From Chlamydiota bacterium (GTDB lineage Bacteria > Auribacterota > JACPWU01): a stretch of 27,389 bases of DNA. This document shows positions 7,762 through 15,902 of this stretch, piece after piece. The notes beneath the pieces are model-generated. The model was not told where the DNA came from and did no database searches. It saw only the letters and a list, made by a program, of their open reading frames with translations. The position numbers and the translations under genes are program-made. Each line of letters starts with the position of its first letter. The first letter of the stretch is position 1. The DNA is taken from positions 1-27,389 of the forward strand of contig JACPWU010000013.1 of assembly GCA_016196885.1 (NCBI GenBank). The letters are read 5' to 3'.

Positions 7762-9222
7762 TCATTTTTTTAAGGCCCTGTTGTAAACTTCTTCGTAACG
7801 CCTTGCGGATTTTTCCCATGACAAATCGTCTTTCATTCCATTTTTAATGATTTCTTTGAAGAGGCTGGAGTTCCGGTAAATCTCCAGAGCCTCTTTGGTT
7901 TTTGCGAGAAGGGCTTCAGCGGAGTAATCTTTGAATTTAAAGCCATTTCCCTGGAGTGTCTTAGGATCAAAATTTTCAATTGAATCGTCGAGTCCTCCCG
8001 TTGCTCTCACAATGGGTACGGTGCCATACTTAAGACTGTAGATTTGATTGAGACCGCAGGGCTCGAAGCGGGATGGCATCATAAGAAAATCACATCCGGC
8101 CTCAATTTTATGTGAGAGCGGGATGTCGAAATCCAGTTTCAAGCCTACCTGCTGGGGGTATTTTGCCTGAAGTTCTTGGAAGAATCTGTGATATTTTTCT
8201 TCTCCTCTTCCCAAGAGGATAAACCCTGCATTTTCGGCAAGGATGGGGGCGATCGCCTCGCTTAAAATGTCCAATCCCTTTTGGTCTGTCAGACGAGAAA
8301 TCATTCCGATCAAGGGACGTCCGGGATCGAGATTTAGTTTGAACTCCTGAATCAGATTTTTTTTGCACTCTATTTTACCCCGAAGATCGTTCACGGAATA
8401 CCGGTTTGAGATAAAGGTGTCTTTCAATGGGTTCCATTCTTCCTCATCTACCCCATTCATGATTCCGTAAAGGTCTTTGGATCTTTTCACGAGGACGCCT
8501 TCTAATCCACAGCCGTATTCAGGGGTCTGAATCTCAAGACTATATTTTTGGCTGACAGTGGTAAGGATGTCGGAATACACAAGCCCGCTCTTCAGCAAAT
8601 TCATCTTTCCGTAGAATTCGATCCCTTCCGGGGTGAACACCTCCCACGGTAAATTGGTCATGTGCATATCGTAATGCCAAAAGAGTCCTTGAAAGGCAAG
8701 ATTATGGATGGTAAAAACCGTGCGGGTTTTTGAAAAGAAGGGATTATTGATTTCAATATTTTTAAGCAAAGCGCTGACCAGTCCTGTTTGCCAATCGTGC
8801 AGATGCAAAATATCGGCTTTTAATTCTAATTCCTCGAGGGTCGAGAGAATGGCCTTTGAGAAAAAAATGAATCGTTCAGCGTTGTCTCTAAAGTCTCCCT
8901 GAGGGGTCTGATACAGATCGTCGCGATCGTAGTATTCGTCTTTAACAACAAAAAGAACCTCCAGATTTTCTGCAAGTTTCGTTGTCGCGATGTCTCCTTC
9001 GATCACCCGGTCTCCCAATTGCACAAAAACCTTTTTTGAGAATTTTTTAATGTCAAGATTTGCCTTTTTAGTTTGCCTGTAAAAAGGTGTGATGATTTTG
9101 ACATCATGTCCTACCCTAGCAAGGGCCTTAGGAAGAGCACTCAAGACATCTGCAAGCCCTCCTGTCTTTGAAAAGGGAGCTATCTCGCTTGAGGCAAAAA
9201 CAATCTTTAGTTTTTTAGCCAT
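7762..9222 (-). CDS. glgA: Glycogen/starch synthase (ADP-glucose type), 486 aa
   Basis: N-terminus KIVFASSEIAPFSKTGGLADV (KTGGL motif). I start at the ATG at 9222 (MAKKLK), preceded by AAAGGAGA. The longer track ORF (to 9315) reads through a repeat array. Confidence 0.9.
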   Translation of the reverse strand: MAKKLKIVFASSEIAPFSKTGGLADVLSALPKALARVGHDVKIITPFYRQTKKANLDIKKFSKKVFVQLGDRVIEGDIATTKLAENLEVLFVVKDEYYDRDDLYQTPQGDFRDNAERFIFFSKAILSTLEELELKADILHLHDWQTGLVSALLKNIEINNPFFSKTRTVFTIHNLAFQGLFWHYDMHMTNLPWEVFTPEGIEFYGKMNLLKSGLVYSDILTTVSQKYSLEIQTPEYGCGLEGVLVKRSKDLYGIMNGVDEEEWNPLKDTFISNRYSVNDLRGKIECKKNLIQEFKLNLDPGRPLIGMISRLTDQKGLDILSEAIAPILAENAGFILLGRGEEKYHRFFQELQAKYPQQVGLKLDFDIPLSHKIEAGCDFLMMPSRFEPCGLNQIYSLKYGTVPIVRATGGLDDSIENFDPKTLQGNGFKFKDYSAEALLAKTKEALEIYRNSSLFKEIIKNGMKDDLSWEKSARRYEEVYNRALKK

Positions 9223-9243
9223 GAATTCTCCTTTTAAAGCGGT

Positions 9244-9320
9244 ACATCGAACATCGTACCTCGCACTTCGAACATCGAACATCGTACTTCGAACGATGTA
9301 CGATGTCCGAAGCACGATGT
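9244..9320. repeat. Eleven tandem heptanucleotide units in the glgC-glgA spacer
   Basis: In a strict 7-nt register: ACATCGA ACATCGT ACCTCGC ACTTCGA ACATCGA ACATCGT ACTTCGA ACGATGT ACGATGT CCGAAGC ACGATGT. ACGATGT is the reverse complement of ACATCGT, so the array is direct plus inverted and can form hairpins. It contains C(UUCG)G-type loops on the mRNA strand. Confidence 0.9.
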
Positions 9321-9326
9321 ACTGTT

Positions 9327-10568
9327 TTATGACTCTTCCATCCGTTCAAATTTTGTCTTCTTAGGGACAATCACAATTCCTTTTTCAGTAACCACAAAAC
9401 GCTTTCGGTCTTTTTCTAAATCAAATCCTATCCTTGATTTTGGCGGAATGTCCACGTCCTTGTCAATGATAGTTCTTCGAACTTGGGCGTATCGGCCAAT
9501 GTTAACCCCGTCAAAGAGAATAGATTCTTCAACTGAAGAAAAACTGTTGATGCGAACCCCCGGAGATAAAACAGAGTGATCCACCTTTCCACCGCTCACG
9601 ATGCAGCCTTCTGTGATGAGGGAGTCGGTTGCATATCCTACCCGTTGTTCTTCGATATTTGCAAAGACAAATTTTGCCGGTGGTAAATGGGAAGAAACCG
9701 TTCTGATAGGCCACTGTTGATTGTACAGGTTGAGTTGGGGAGATACATTGACCAAATCCATGTTCGCCTCCCAATAGGCATCTAAGGTTCCGACGTCTCT
9801 CCAATAGCCTTTTTCCTTTTCTTCAATTCCCGGGACATTGTTAGATGAAAAATCATATGCAAAAACTTTTAATGATTTGAGTGCATCGGGGATCACATTT
9901 TTCCCAAAATCATGATCGCTTTCTTTTTTGGCATCTCTTTTAAGTGCTTGAATCAAGATGTCTCGATTAAAAATGTAATTCCCCATGGAGACAAGCGCAA
10001 AATCGGATCTGTCGGGCAGGGGCTTCGGAGATTTTGGTTTTTCTTGAAAACCAATCACACGCAGGCTTGAGTCAACCGCGATAACGCCAAAGTTAGAGGC
10101 TTCCGTCGTGGGATAAGGAACCGCTGCGATCGTAATATCCGCACCCTTTTCCAAATGCTGTTTTTCCATTTGCCGAACATCCATTTTATAAATGTGATCT
10201 CCGCCAAAAATGAAAACGAGGTCTGGATTTTCATCTTCGATGATGTTGATATTTTGATAAATTGCATCCGCCGTTCCCTTAAACCAAGTCTCCCCTGTTC
10301 TCATTTGCGCTGGAACGCAATCAATATAATGTCCCACGGTGGGAGAAAGATGCCAGCCTGTGGTGATGTGTTTATTCAAAGATTCAGACATGAATTGGGT
10401 TAAAATTTTAATGTTAAAATAACCAGAATTGACAAAGTTACTTAAGGCAAAGTCAATGATTCGGTAATGCCCTCCAAAAGGAACCGCCGGCTTTGCCCTG
10501 TCCCGGGTCAAGGGATAGAGCCTGCGTCCCTCACCCCCCGCTAAAATCATGACCAAGCTTTTATACAT
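9327..10568 (-). CDS. glgC: Glucose-1-phosphate adenylyltransferase, 413 aa
   Basis: ILAGGEGRRLYPLTRDRAKPAVPFGG N-terminal signature, plus a C-terminal left-handed beta-helix-like region. I chose the ATG at 10568 (MYKSLVMILAGG); the upstream part of the track ORF looks non-coding. Confidence 0.9.
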   Translation of the reverse strand: MYKSLVMILAGGEGRRLYPLTRDRAKPAVPFGGHYRIIDFALSNFVNSGYFNIKILTQFMSESLNKHITTGWHLSPTVGHYIDCVPAQMRTGETWFKGTADAIYQNINIIEDENPDLVFIFGGDHIYKMDVRQMEKQHLEKGADITIAAVPYPTTEASNFGVIAVDSSLRVIGFQEKPKSPKPLPDRSDFALVSMGNYIFNRDILIQALKRDAKKESDHDFGKNVIPDALKSLKVFAYDFSSNNVPGIEEKEKGYWRDVGTLDAYWEANMDLVNVSPQLNLYNQQWPIRTVSSHLPPAKFVFANIEEQRVGYATDSLITEGCIVSGGKVDHSVLSPGVRINSFSSVEESILFDGVNIGRYAQVRRTIIDKDVDIPPKSRIGFDLEKDRKRFVVTEKGIVIVPKKTKFERMEES

Positions 10569-10657
10569 TTGAAGAATCCTATAAGAAACCAACTCCCCCC
10601 AACCCCTCTTTCCCACGGGGACTATAACCTCTTGAAATAAGAGGGGAGTCGGAGGGG

Positions 10658-12067
10658 TTATGATACCGATCCGTTTGTAGATGAATTATAAGCGCTGTCT
10701 TGAAACTCTTCAAATGAATTTCTGATTTTTTCAATGATCTGAAAATCTGAGGCCTCGATCATGAGGACTCTCCCTTGATGTTGGGCCAGGAAAATAGTCA
10801 CGTCTTGCGCCTGCCAAAATTGAAATGAGTCCGGGTTGATTTTTGAGACAGCTCCTGGGAATTTCTTAAGGACAAGTTCGCTGTAAGCCATGAGAAATTG
10901 TTTTGCGTCATTCGATGTATCCCAAGAACTGATCCAAACAAGGACAAGCGTGTGATTATTTTTTTCTTCCCACAATTGATAGGTATCCCCTCCCCATCCC
11001 GACGAGGCTTGGGAATAGGACTTTTGTTTCATCCATTTTCTAAAAAGAAGTTCGATATTGAATTCTCCCAAAATATTTTCCTCAATTAAGAAATAGGAGG
11101 AGGAAAAGGAATCTGGAAAGTGTGGGAAGACCATTTTTTGAGGAGGATCGTCGTCGGCCAAATATTTTTCAGGATGCAGTATTTCCTCTGAGGAAGAAGG
11201 GGGTTTTTGAAAACACGCATTGATACCGTTCCATCCTTTTCTTTGATAGATGTAATGGATAAAGTTCATGCCATGGATGTAAGGGAAAAGCATGTTTTCT
11301 TGAAGTACCATGGGGGCTTTTTTAAATTCTTTTTGATCCACAAAAAAGTAGGACAAGAGATCCCAAAAGACGGAGATGTTAATAGAATTCATGTAATACA
11401 ATTGTGTTACAAAGGTTGCATCTCCCTCGATCAGGGCCTGATGCGCCAATTCTTGATCGTCGTTTTTTGAAGAGGGATCCATCAAGTTGTTGATTCTGAA
11501 ATGTTGATCTTGCAAGGTATGAGTGAGTTCATGCGCCAACAAGGTGTTTTGAAGACCCTTGGCAAGCGGCAGCCCTTGAATGGTGAAAAGTGCCTTTTCA
11601 TCCACATCGTAATAGGCTCCAATTTGCTCCCCATAAAGAGAGACCATCTGTTGATCTAGATGATAGTCGGGAGTTAAAAAGCCAAATTTGATTAAAACTT
11701 TTTCGGTTTTTGCAAGGCCATCTGGAAATTCCTTTTTCATTTCTTCAAGGAGTTTGGAATGTAATTCTCTGCGGTTCACTTCTCGATAGACCGGTTCCTT
11801 AAGAAACGGGAGTTCTCTGAGGCGGGAGACCTTCAGTTCAATTTCTGAACGAAGGGCCTCATATTTTATACTTAAAAGGTTTGAGGAGAGAGAGGCATTT
11901 TCTTCTTCAAGCGTCTTTATTTTTTCTTCCAGGAACTCTCTTTGATGATGGAGGGAATAGGTTTTGAAAAGGATCAAGATGTTAGAAAGAGCAAGGAAGA
12001 GTGCAATGACGAAAGACAAATGTTTCGTGCTAAGAGACATGCGACCTTTTAATTTTTTCAAAACCAC
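10658..12067 (-). CDS. Membrane-anchored putative zinc metallopeptidase (MA-clan / gluzincin-like), up to 469 aa
   Basis: N-terminal TM helix, then a coiled coil, then HELTH (HExxH), and about 25 residues later EGDATF (candidate third-ligand Glu, as in the Peptidase_MA_2-type HExxH...EGxA pattern). The start is either the GTG at 12067 or the ATG at 12040. Confidence 0.6.
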   Translation of the reverse strand: MVLKKLKGRMSLSTKHLSFVIALFLALSNILILFKTYSLHHQREFLEEKIKTLEEENASLSSNLLSIKYEALRSEIELKVSRLRELPFLKEPVYREVNRRELHSKLLEEMKKEFPDGLAKTEKVLIKFGFLTPDYHLDQQMVSLYGEQIGAYYDVDEKALFTIQGLPLAKGLQNTLLAHELTHTLQDQHFRINNLMDPSSKNDDQELAHQALIEGDATFVTQLYYMNSINISVFWDLLSYFFVDQKEFKKAPMVLQENMLFPYIHGMNFIHYIYQRKGWNGINACFQKPPSSSEEILHPEKYLADDDPPQKMVFPHFPDSFSSSYFLIEENILGEFNIELLFRKWMKQKSYSQASSGWGGDTYQLWEEKNNHTLVLVWISSWDTSNDAKQFLMAYSELVLKKFPGAVSKINPDSFQFWQAQDVTIFLAQHQGRVLMIEASDFQIIEKIRNSFEEFQDSAYNSSTNGSVS

Positions 12068-12152
12068 ACCCCCTCATTCTACTCTGAAATTCACAAATGT
12101 CAATATTTTGGAATTGGTTATAAAAAGTGTTCATGTTATTCTTAAAAACAGA

Positions 12153-14264
12153 ATGATCAACCCAGAGAATATTCTTAAGATTTTTGAGAAAGGGAATCAT
12201 CTTTCACTGACGGTGAAGGAAATCAAATCCCGTTTGAAAGTTCCTTCCCATGAAGTCCCGCTTCTAAGACGATTGCTTCGCCAGATGACAGCTTTAGGTC
12301 AGTTGATTTGCCTTCACAAAAAGGAATATGCCCTTCCTGAGAGTTCAGGGCTTATTTCAGGCATCTTAAGAATGAACCCAAAGGGATTTGGATTTGTAGA
12401 ACCTTTTATAAAAGAGAGTCCGGATGGAAAAGAAATCGAGGATATTTATATTCACCGAGAGAATCTTTCTTCCGCAATGCACGCGGATGAGGTTCTCGTG
12501 AACCTTGTGAACGTCGAGAGACGTGAGGGACACATTGCTAAAATTCTAAAGAGGGCCAACGAAAAAGTAGTCGGGACGTTGGAAAAAGAACGTAAATTAT
12601 TTTTTGTCATTCCAGACAATGCCAAGTTGATTTATGACATTGTCATTCCTCAAAATGTTCTCAGGGGCGCTCGGCCTCAGGACAAGGTGATGGTTAAAAT
12701 CACCGAGTGGCCGAGCAAGCATTTGAGCCCTCAAGGTGAAGTTCTCGAAATTTTAGGGAAGGCGGATGATCCTAAATTAGATTCTCTTGTGATTGCAAAG
12801 GCCTATGGCCTCCCCCTCGAGTTTCCAAAAGAGGTTGAAGACGAAGCTCGAAAATATTCTGAAATGGTTCCTGAGGAGGCTTACCATTCTAGATGGGATT
12901 TGACTTCCCTTCTTACATTAACCATTGATCCCATCCATGCGCGAGATTTTGATGATGCGATATCAGTTGAGAAAATAGAGAAAGGTTGGAAGTTGGGAGT
13001 CCATATTGCCGATGTTTCTTATTATGTTCCCCGCCACTCTAAAATAGATCGAGAGGCTTTTGACAGAGGATGTACGGTTTATTTTTCGGATCGAGCCCTT
13101 CGGATGTTGCCAGAGAAATTGTCTCGGGAGATTTGTAGCTTGGATCAGGGGGAAAATCGTTTGGCAAAATCACTTTTGATTGATTTGGATGAAGAAGGAA
13201 ATGTGACTCGATGGGAACTTGGCCGCAGCGTGATTCGTTCTCGTAAAAGATTTGCCTATGAGGAGGTCACACAGCTATTGGAACATGCGGAGTGTCGTTC
13301 AACGCTTCCCGCCGATGTTATGAAAAGTTTGTTAGATCTTGAACAGTTGACGAGTATTCTTTTTATGAACCGTTTAAAGAGGGGTGCTTTGGAGTTGAAT
13401 ATTCCTGAGTTGGAGGTCAAGACCGACTCTCAAGGGAGAACCGTTCGACTAGAGCTTCGTTCGAAAGAGGTTTCTCACCAGATGGTTGAAGAGTGTATGC
13501 TCTTGGCAAATGAATGGGTCGCATGTTTTTTGGAAGAAAAAAAATTACCCGGGATTTATCGTATTCACCCAAAGCCTTCAAAAAAAGATCAAGAAGATTT
13601 TAAAAATTTTATTCAAAAATTAGGTGTATCGCTTAAAAATATTTACAATGTCAAAAGTTTGCAAAATCTCATGAGTGAATTAAAAGGCAAGCCTCTCTCC
13701 TATCTTGTGAACATTGCCCTTTTGAGATCCTTAAGGGTTGCGCAGTATTCTCCCAAAAATCTGGGCCATTTTGCACTGGCCCTGGATTCTTATACCCATT
13801 TTACTTCCCCTATTCGTCGTTACCCAGATCTTTATGTGCACCAGGTGTTGGATGAATATTTTGAAAAAAACCATCACGAATTAAAAAAAGAAGACCTTGA
13901 AAAAATCGCACAACATTCTTCTGAAATGGAAAGAAAAGCAGATGAAGCGGAAGATGAATTTAACAAGCTGAAGCGACTCCGGTTTTTTAAGAACGAGCTT
14001 GATCAGGGCCGTTTGGGTTCTATAAAGGTGATGATCAGTGAGGTGAAGGAATTTGGAATTTTTGTGGAAGATCCAAAAACTCTGGCACGAGGACTGGTGA
14101 GAGTCTCAGAATTGGGAGAGGACTTTTACATTTATGACCCAGATCATTTATGCTTTTGGGGCCGTCGAACAAAAAAGAAATTTAAAGTGGGTGATGAAAT
14201 TTGGGTCAAGATTGTAAAAGTGGATCTTCATCAGAAGCAAATGGATTTTAAGATGGTAAAGTAA
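12153..14264 (+). CDS. rnr: Ribonuclease R (RNase II/R family 3'-5' exoribonuclease), 703 aa
   Basis: N-terminal wHTH-like segment, cold-shock-like region, RNB domain motif DPIHARDFDDAISV, and a C-terminal S1 domain with a Lys-rich tail. I start at the ATG at 12153. The longer track ORF overlaps the divergent gene and is unlikely to be real. Confidence 0.85.
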   Translation: MINPENILKIFEKGNHLSLTVKEIKSRLKVPSHEVPLLRRLLRQMTALGQLICLHKKEYALPESSGLISGILRMNPKGFGFVEPFIKESPDGKEIEDIYIHRENLSSAMHADEVLVNLVNVERREGHIAKILKRANEKVVGTLEKERKLFFVIPDNAKLIYDIVIPQNVLRGARPQDKVMVKITEWPSKHLSPQGEVLEILGKADDPKLDSLVIAKAYGLPLEFPKEVEDEARKYSEMVPEEAYHSRWDLTSLLTLTIDPIHARDFDDAISVEKIEKGWKLGVHIADVSYYVPRHSKIDREAFDRGCTVYFSDRALRMLPEKLSREICSLDQGENRLAKSLLIDLDEEGNVTRWELGRSVIRSRKRFAYEEVTQLLEHAECRSTLPADVMKSLLDLEQLTSILFMNRLKRGALELNIPELEVKTDSQGRTVRLELRSKEVSHQMVEECMLLANEWVACFLEEKKLPGIYRIHPKPSKKDQEDFKNFIQKLGVSLKNIYNVKSLQNLMSELKGKPLSYLVNIALLRSLRVAQYSPKNLGHFALALDSYTHFTSPIRRYPDLYVHQVLDEYFEKNHHELKKEDLEKIAQHSSEMERKADEAEDEFNKLKRLRFFKNELDQGRLGSIKVMISEVKEFGIFVEDPKTLARGLVRVSELGEDFYIYDPDHLCFWGRRTKKKFKVGDEIWVKIVKVDLHQKQMDFKMVK

Positions 14265-14269
14265 TGCTT

Positions 14270-14483
14270 AATGACAAATGACCAACATCAATTTCAATGA
14301 CCCTTTTGGGGGGTCATCGTGTGCGATGAAAGTTCTCCCAATCATGCTTTTTTTGTAGTCGCCCGATTCATCGGGCAGCCCCATAAATGGGGCGACTACA
14401 AATTAATCCTCAATTCTCCAATGATCCATTAGACATTCGTAATGGGTTATTCATTTAACATTGGAAATGAGTCATTTGTCATT
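14270..14483. repeat. 13-bp inverted repeats, AATGACAAATGAC (14270-14282) and GTCATTTGTCATT (14471-14483), bracketing the whole convergent rnr/PMM spacer
   Basis: Read directly. The left arm starts 5 nt after the rnr stop. The right arm abuts the PMM stop codon. Confidence 0.6.
14355..14399. repeat. REP/BIME-like doublet: two inverted GTAG-headed palindromic units
   Basis: GTAGTCGCCCGATTCATCGGGC (14355-14376) and, inverted, GCCCCATAAATGGGGCGACTAC (14378-14399). Each unit is a GTAGTC head plus a GC-rich hairpin. The same units recur at 21535-21621. Confidence 0.8.
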
Positions 14484-15814
14484 TATGAGTTTTGAATGAT
14501 GCTCAACAATTCTTCCGACTTTTCTTTAAGCATCTGAGGCGTTTTTGCCTCCACATTTAATCTTAAAAGAGGTTCTGTATTTGATTTTCGGAGATTGAAC
14601 CACCAGTCTTTGAATTCAATGGATAAACCATCCAGATAAAAAGTTTTTCCGTCCTGAAATTTTTTCTCAATGTGCTGAATAATTTGATCAGGATCTTTCA
14701 CTTTTGAGTTCAGCTCGCCTGTTGCGTGGTACCTTTTTAAGGGATGTATCAATTTTGAGAGTGGAACGCCCGCCTGAGAAAGCACATTCAACATCATCAC
14801 AAATGCAATCGCCGCGCTGTCACAAAAAGAATTATCCCTAAAGTAATAATGTCCTGAAAGCTCTCCTGCAAAAACACCATTCGCCTCTCTCAAGGCCTGC
14901 TTGATGAAGGCATGTCCCACCCGACACATTTGGGCCTTGCCGCCATTTTTCTCAACTTCTTCCCGAACCGTCCAGCTCGATCTCAGGTCATAAAGAATCG
15001 TCCCTCCTGGACGCTGGCGTAAAAATTCTTTCGCAATCAGGGTTGTAATAATATCCGCTGAGACAATTTGGCCTTCGTTATCCACAAACATCACACGATC
15101 CGCATCACCGTCAAAGGCTACTCCCAAATCCGCCTCATGCTCAATCACCGTCTTCATCAGGTCATGCATGTTATGCGACTCTAAAGGATTGGCGTCATGA
15201 TGAGGGAAAGTGCCGTCCAGTTCAAAATAAAGAGGGATCACTTCGCCGGGCAAAAACTCAAAAAGTTTTGGGGCAATCAGGCCACCCATGCCATTGCCCG
15301 CATCGATCACTATTTTGAACCTTTTAATTTTTTTAGAAAATTTTAGAACATGTTGAATGTAATCATCTAAAACATTTTTCGTTTCAATTTTTCCTTTTTT
15401 CCCTGTGTGCTTAGGGACATCAAAATTACGAACTTTATCTTCAATTTCGGCAATGCCGGTTTCATAGCTGATAGGGTAAGCACCCCGCTGACACATTTTA
15501 ACGCCGTTGTATTCTTTAGAATTGTGACTGGCCGTGACCATCACCCCGCCATCATAATCATAATGGGCTGTTGTGAAATTAATCATGGGTGTAGAAATGA
15601 GTCCGACGTCCACAATATTGAGTCCTCCATCGGTCAGACCTTCCGCCACTTGTTTAAAAAGAGAGGGCGAGGAAGTTCTCATGTCCCGCCCCACAGCGAC
15701 CGTTCCTTTTCCGATCACTTGCGAAATTGCATAGCCAATTTTATAGACAATCTCTTCGTTGATTTCTTGAGGGTAAATCCCCCGAATGTCGTAAGCCTTA
15801 AAAATGCCTGCCAT
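14483..15814 (-). CDS. Phosphomannomutase / phosphoglucomutase (alpha-D-phosphohexomutase family), 443 aa
   Basis: Phosphoserine loop TASHNSKEYNGVK, metal-binding loop FDGDADRVMF, and sugar-binding GELSGHYYF. AGGAGAG RBS. Confidence 0.85.
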   Translation of the reverse strand: MAGIFKAYDIRGIYPQEINEEIVYKIGYAISQVIGKGTVAVGRDMRTSSPSLFKQVAEGLTDGGLNIVDVGLISTPMINFTTAHYDYDGGVMVTASHNSKEYNGVKMCQRGAYPISYETGIAEIEDKVRNFDVPKHTGKKGKIETKNVLDDYIQHVLKFSKKIKRFKIVIDAGNGMGGLIAPKLFEFLPGEVIPLYFELDGTFPHHDANPLESHNMHDLMKTVIEHEADLGVAFDGDADRVMFVDNEGQIVSADIITTLIAKEFLRQRPGGTILYDLRSSWTVREEVEKNGGKAQMCRVGHAFIKQALREANGVFAGELSGHYYFRDNSFCDSAAIAFVMMLNVLSQAGVPLSKLIHPLKRYHATGELNSKVKDPDQIIQHIEKKFQDGKTFYLDGLSIEFKDWWFNLRKSNTEPLLRLNVEAKTPQMLKEKSEELLSIIQNS

Positions 15815-15902
15815 AATCTCTCCTGAATTTTTTGAAAGAATAGCAAAAATAAGTGCTTTAAAACAATGGCTATCTCATGAAAAGGAGGTTGTCTAAATAC
15901 AT

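Noticed and set aside
9244-9320. CRISPR or minisatellite-encoded peptide interpretation of the heptamer arrays.
   Set aside because: The units are 7 nt with no spacers, so this is not CRISPR architecture. A period of 7 is not a multiple of 3, so the arrays cannot encode a repetitive peptide. The array lies between two well-defined cistrons.
11964-12152. N-terminal extensions of track ORFs: rnr from 11964, glgA to 9315, dnaK to 21384, glgC to 10616, and the wHTH gene to 23816.
   Set aside because: The extensions overlap a divergent gene (rnr), read through tandem repeats (glgA), or contain promoter elements (dnaK, wHTH gene). Internal ATGs with Shine-Dalgarno sequences and conserved family N-termini fit better.
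15842-15858. A second sigma-54-like site upstream of the PMM gene (minus strand AAGCAC-TTATTT-TTGCT).
   Set aside because: The invariant GG is AG, and the GG-to-GC spacing is one nucleotide too long. The resemblance is probably caused by the AAGCACTT word that also occurs at 1789-1805.
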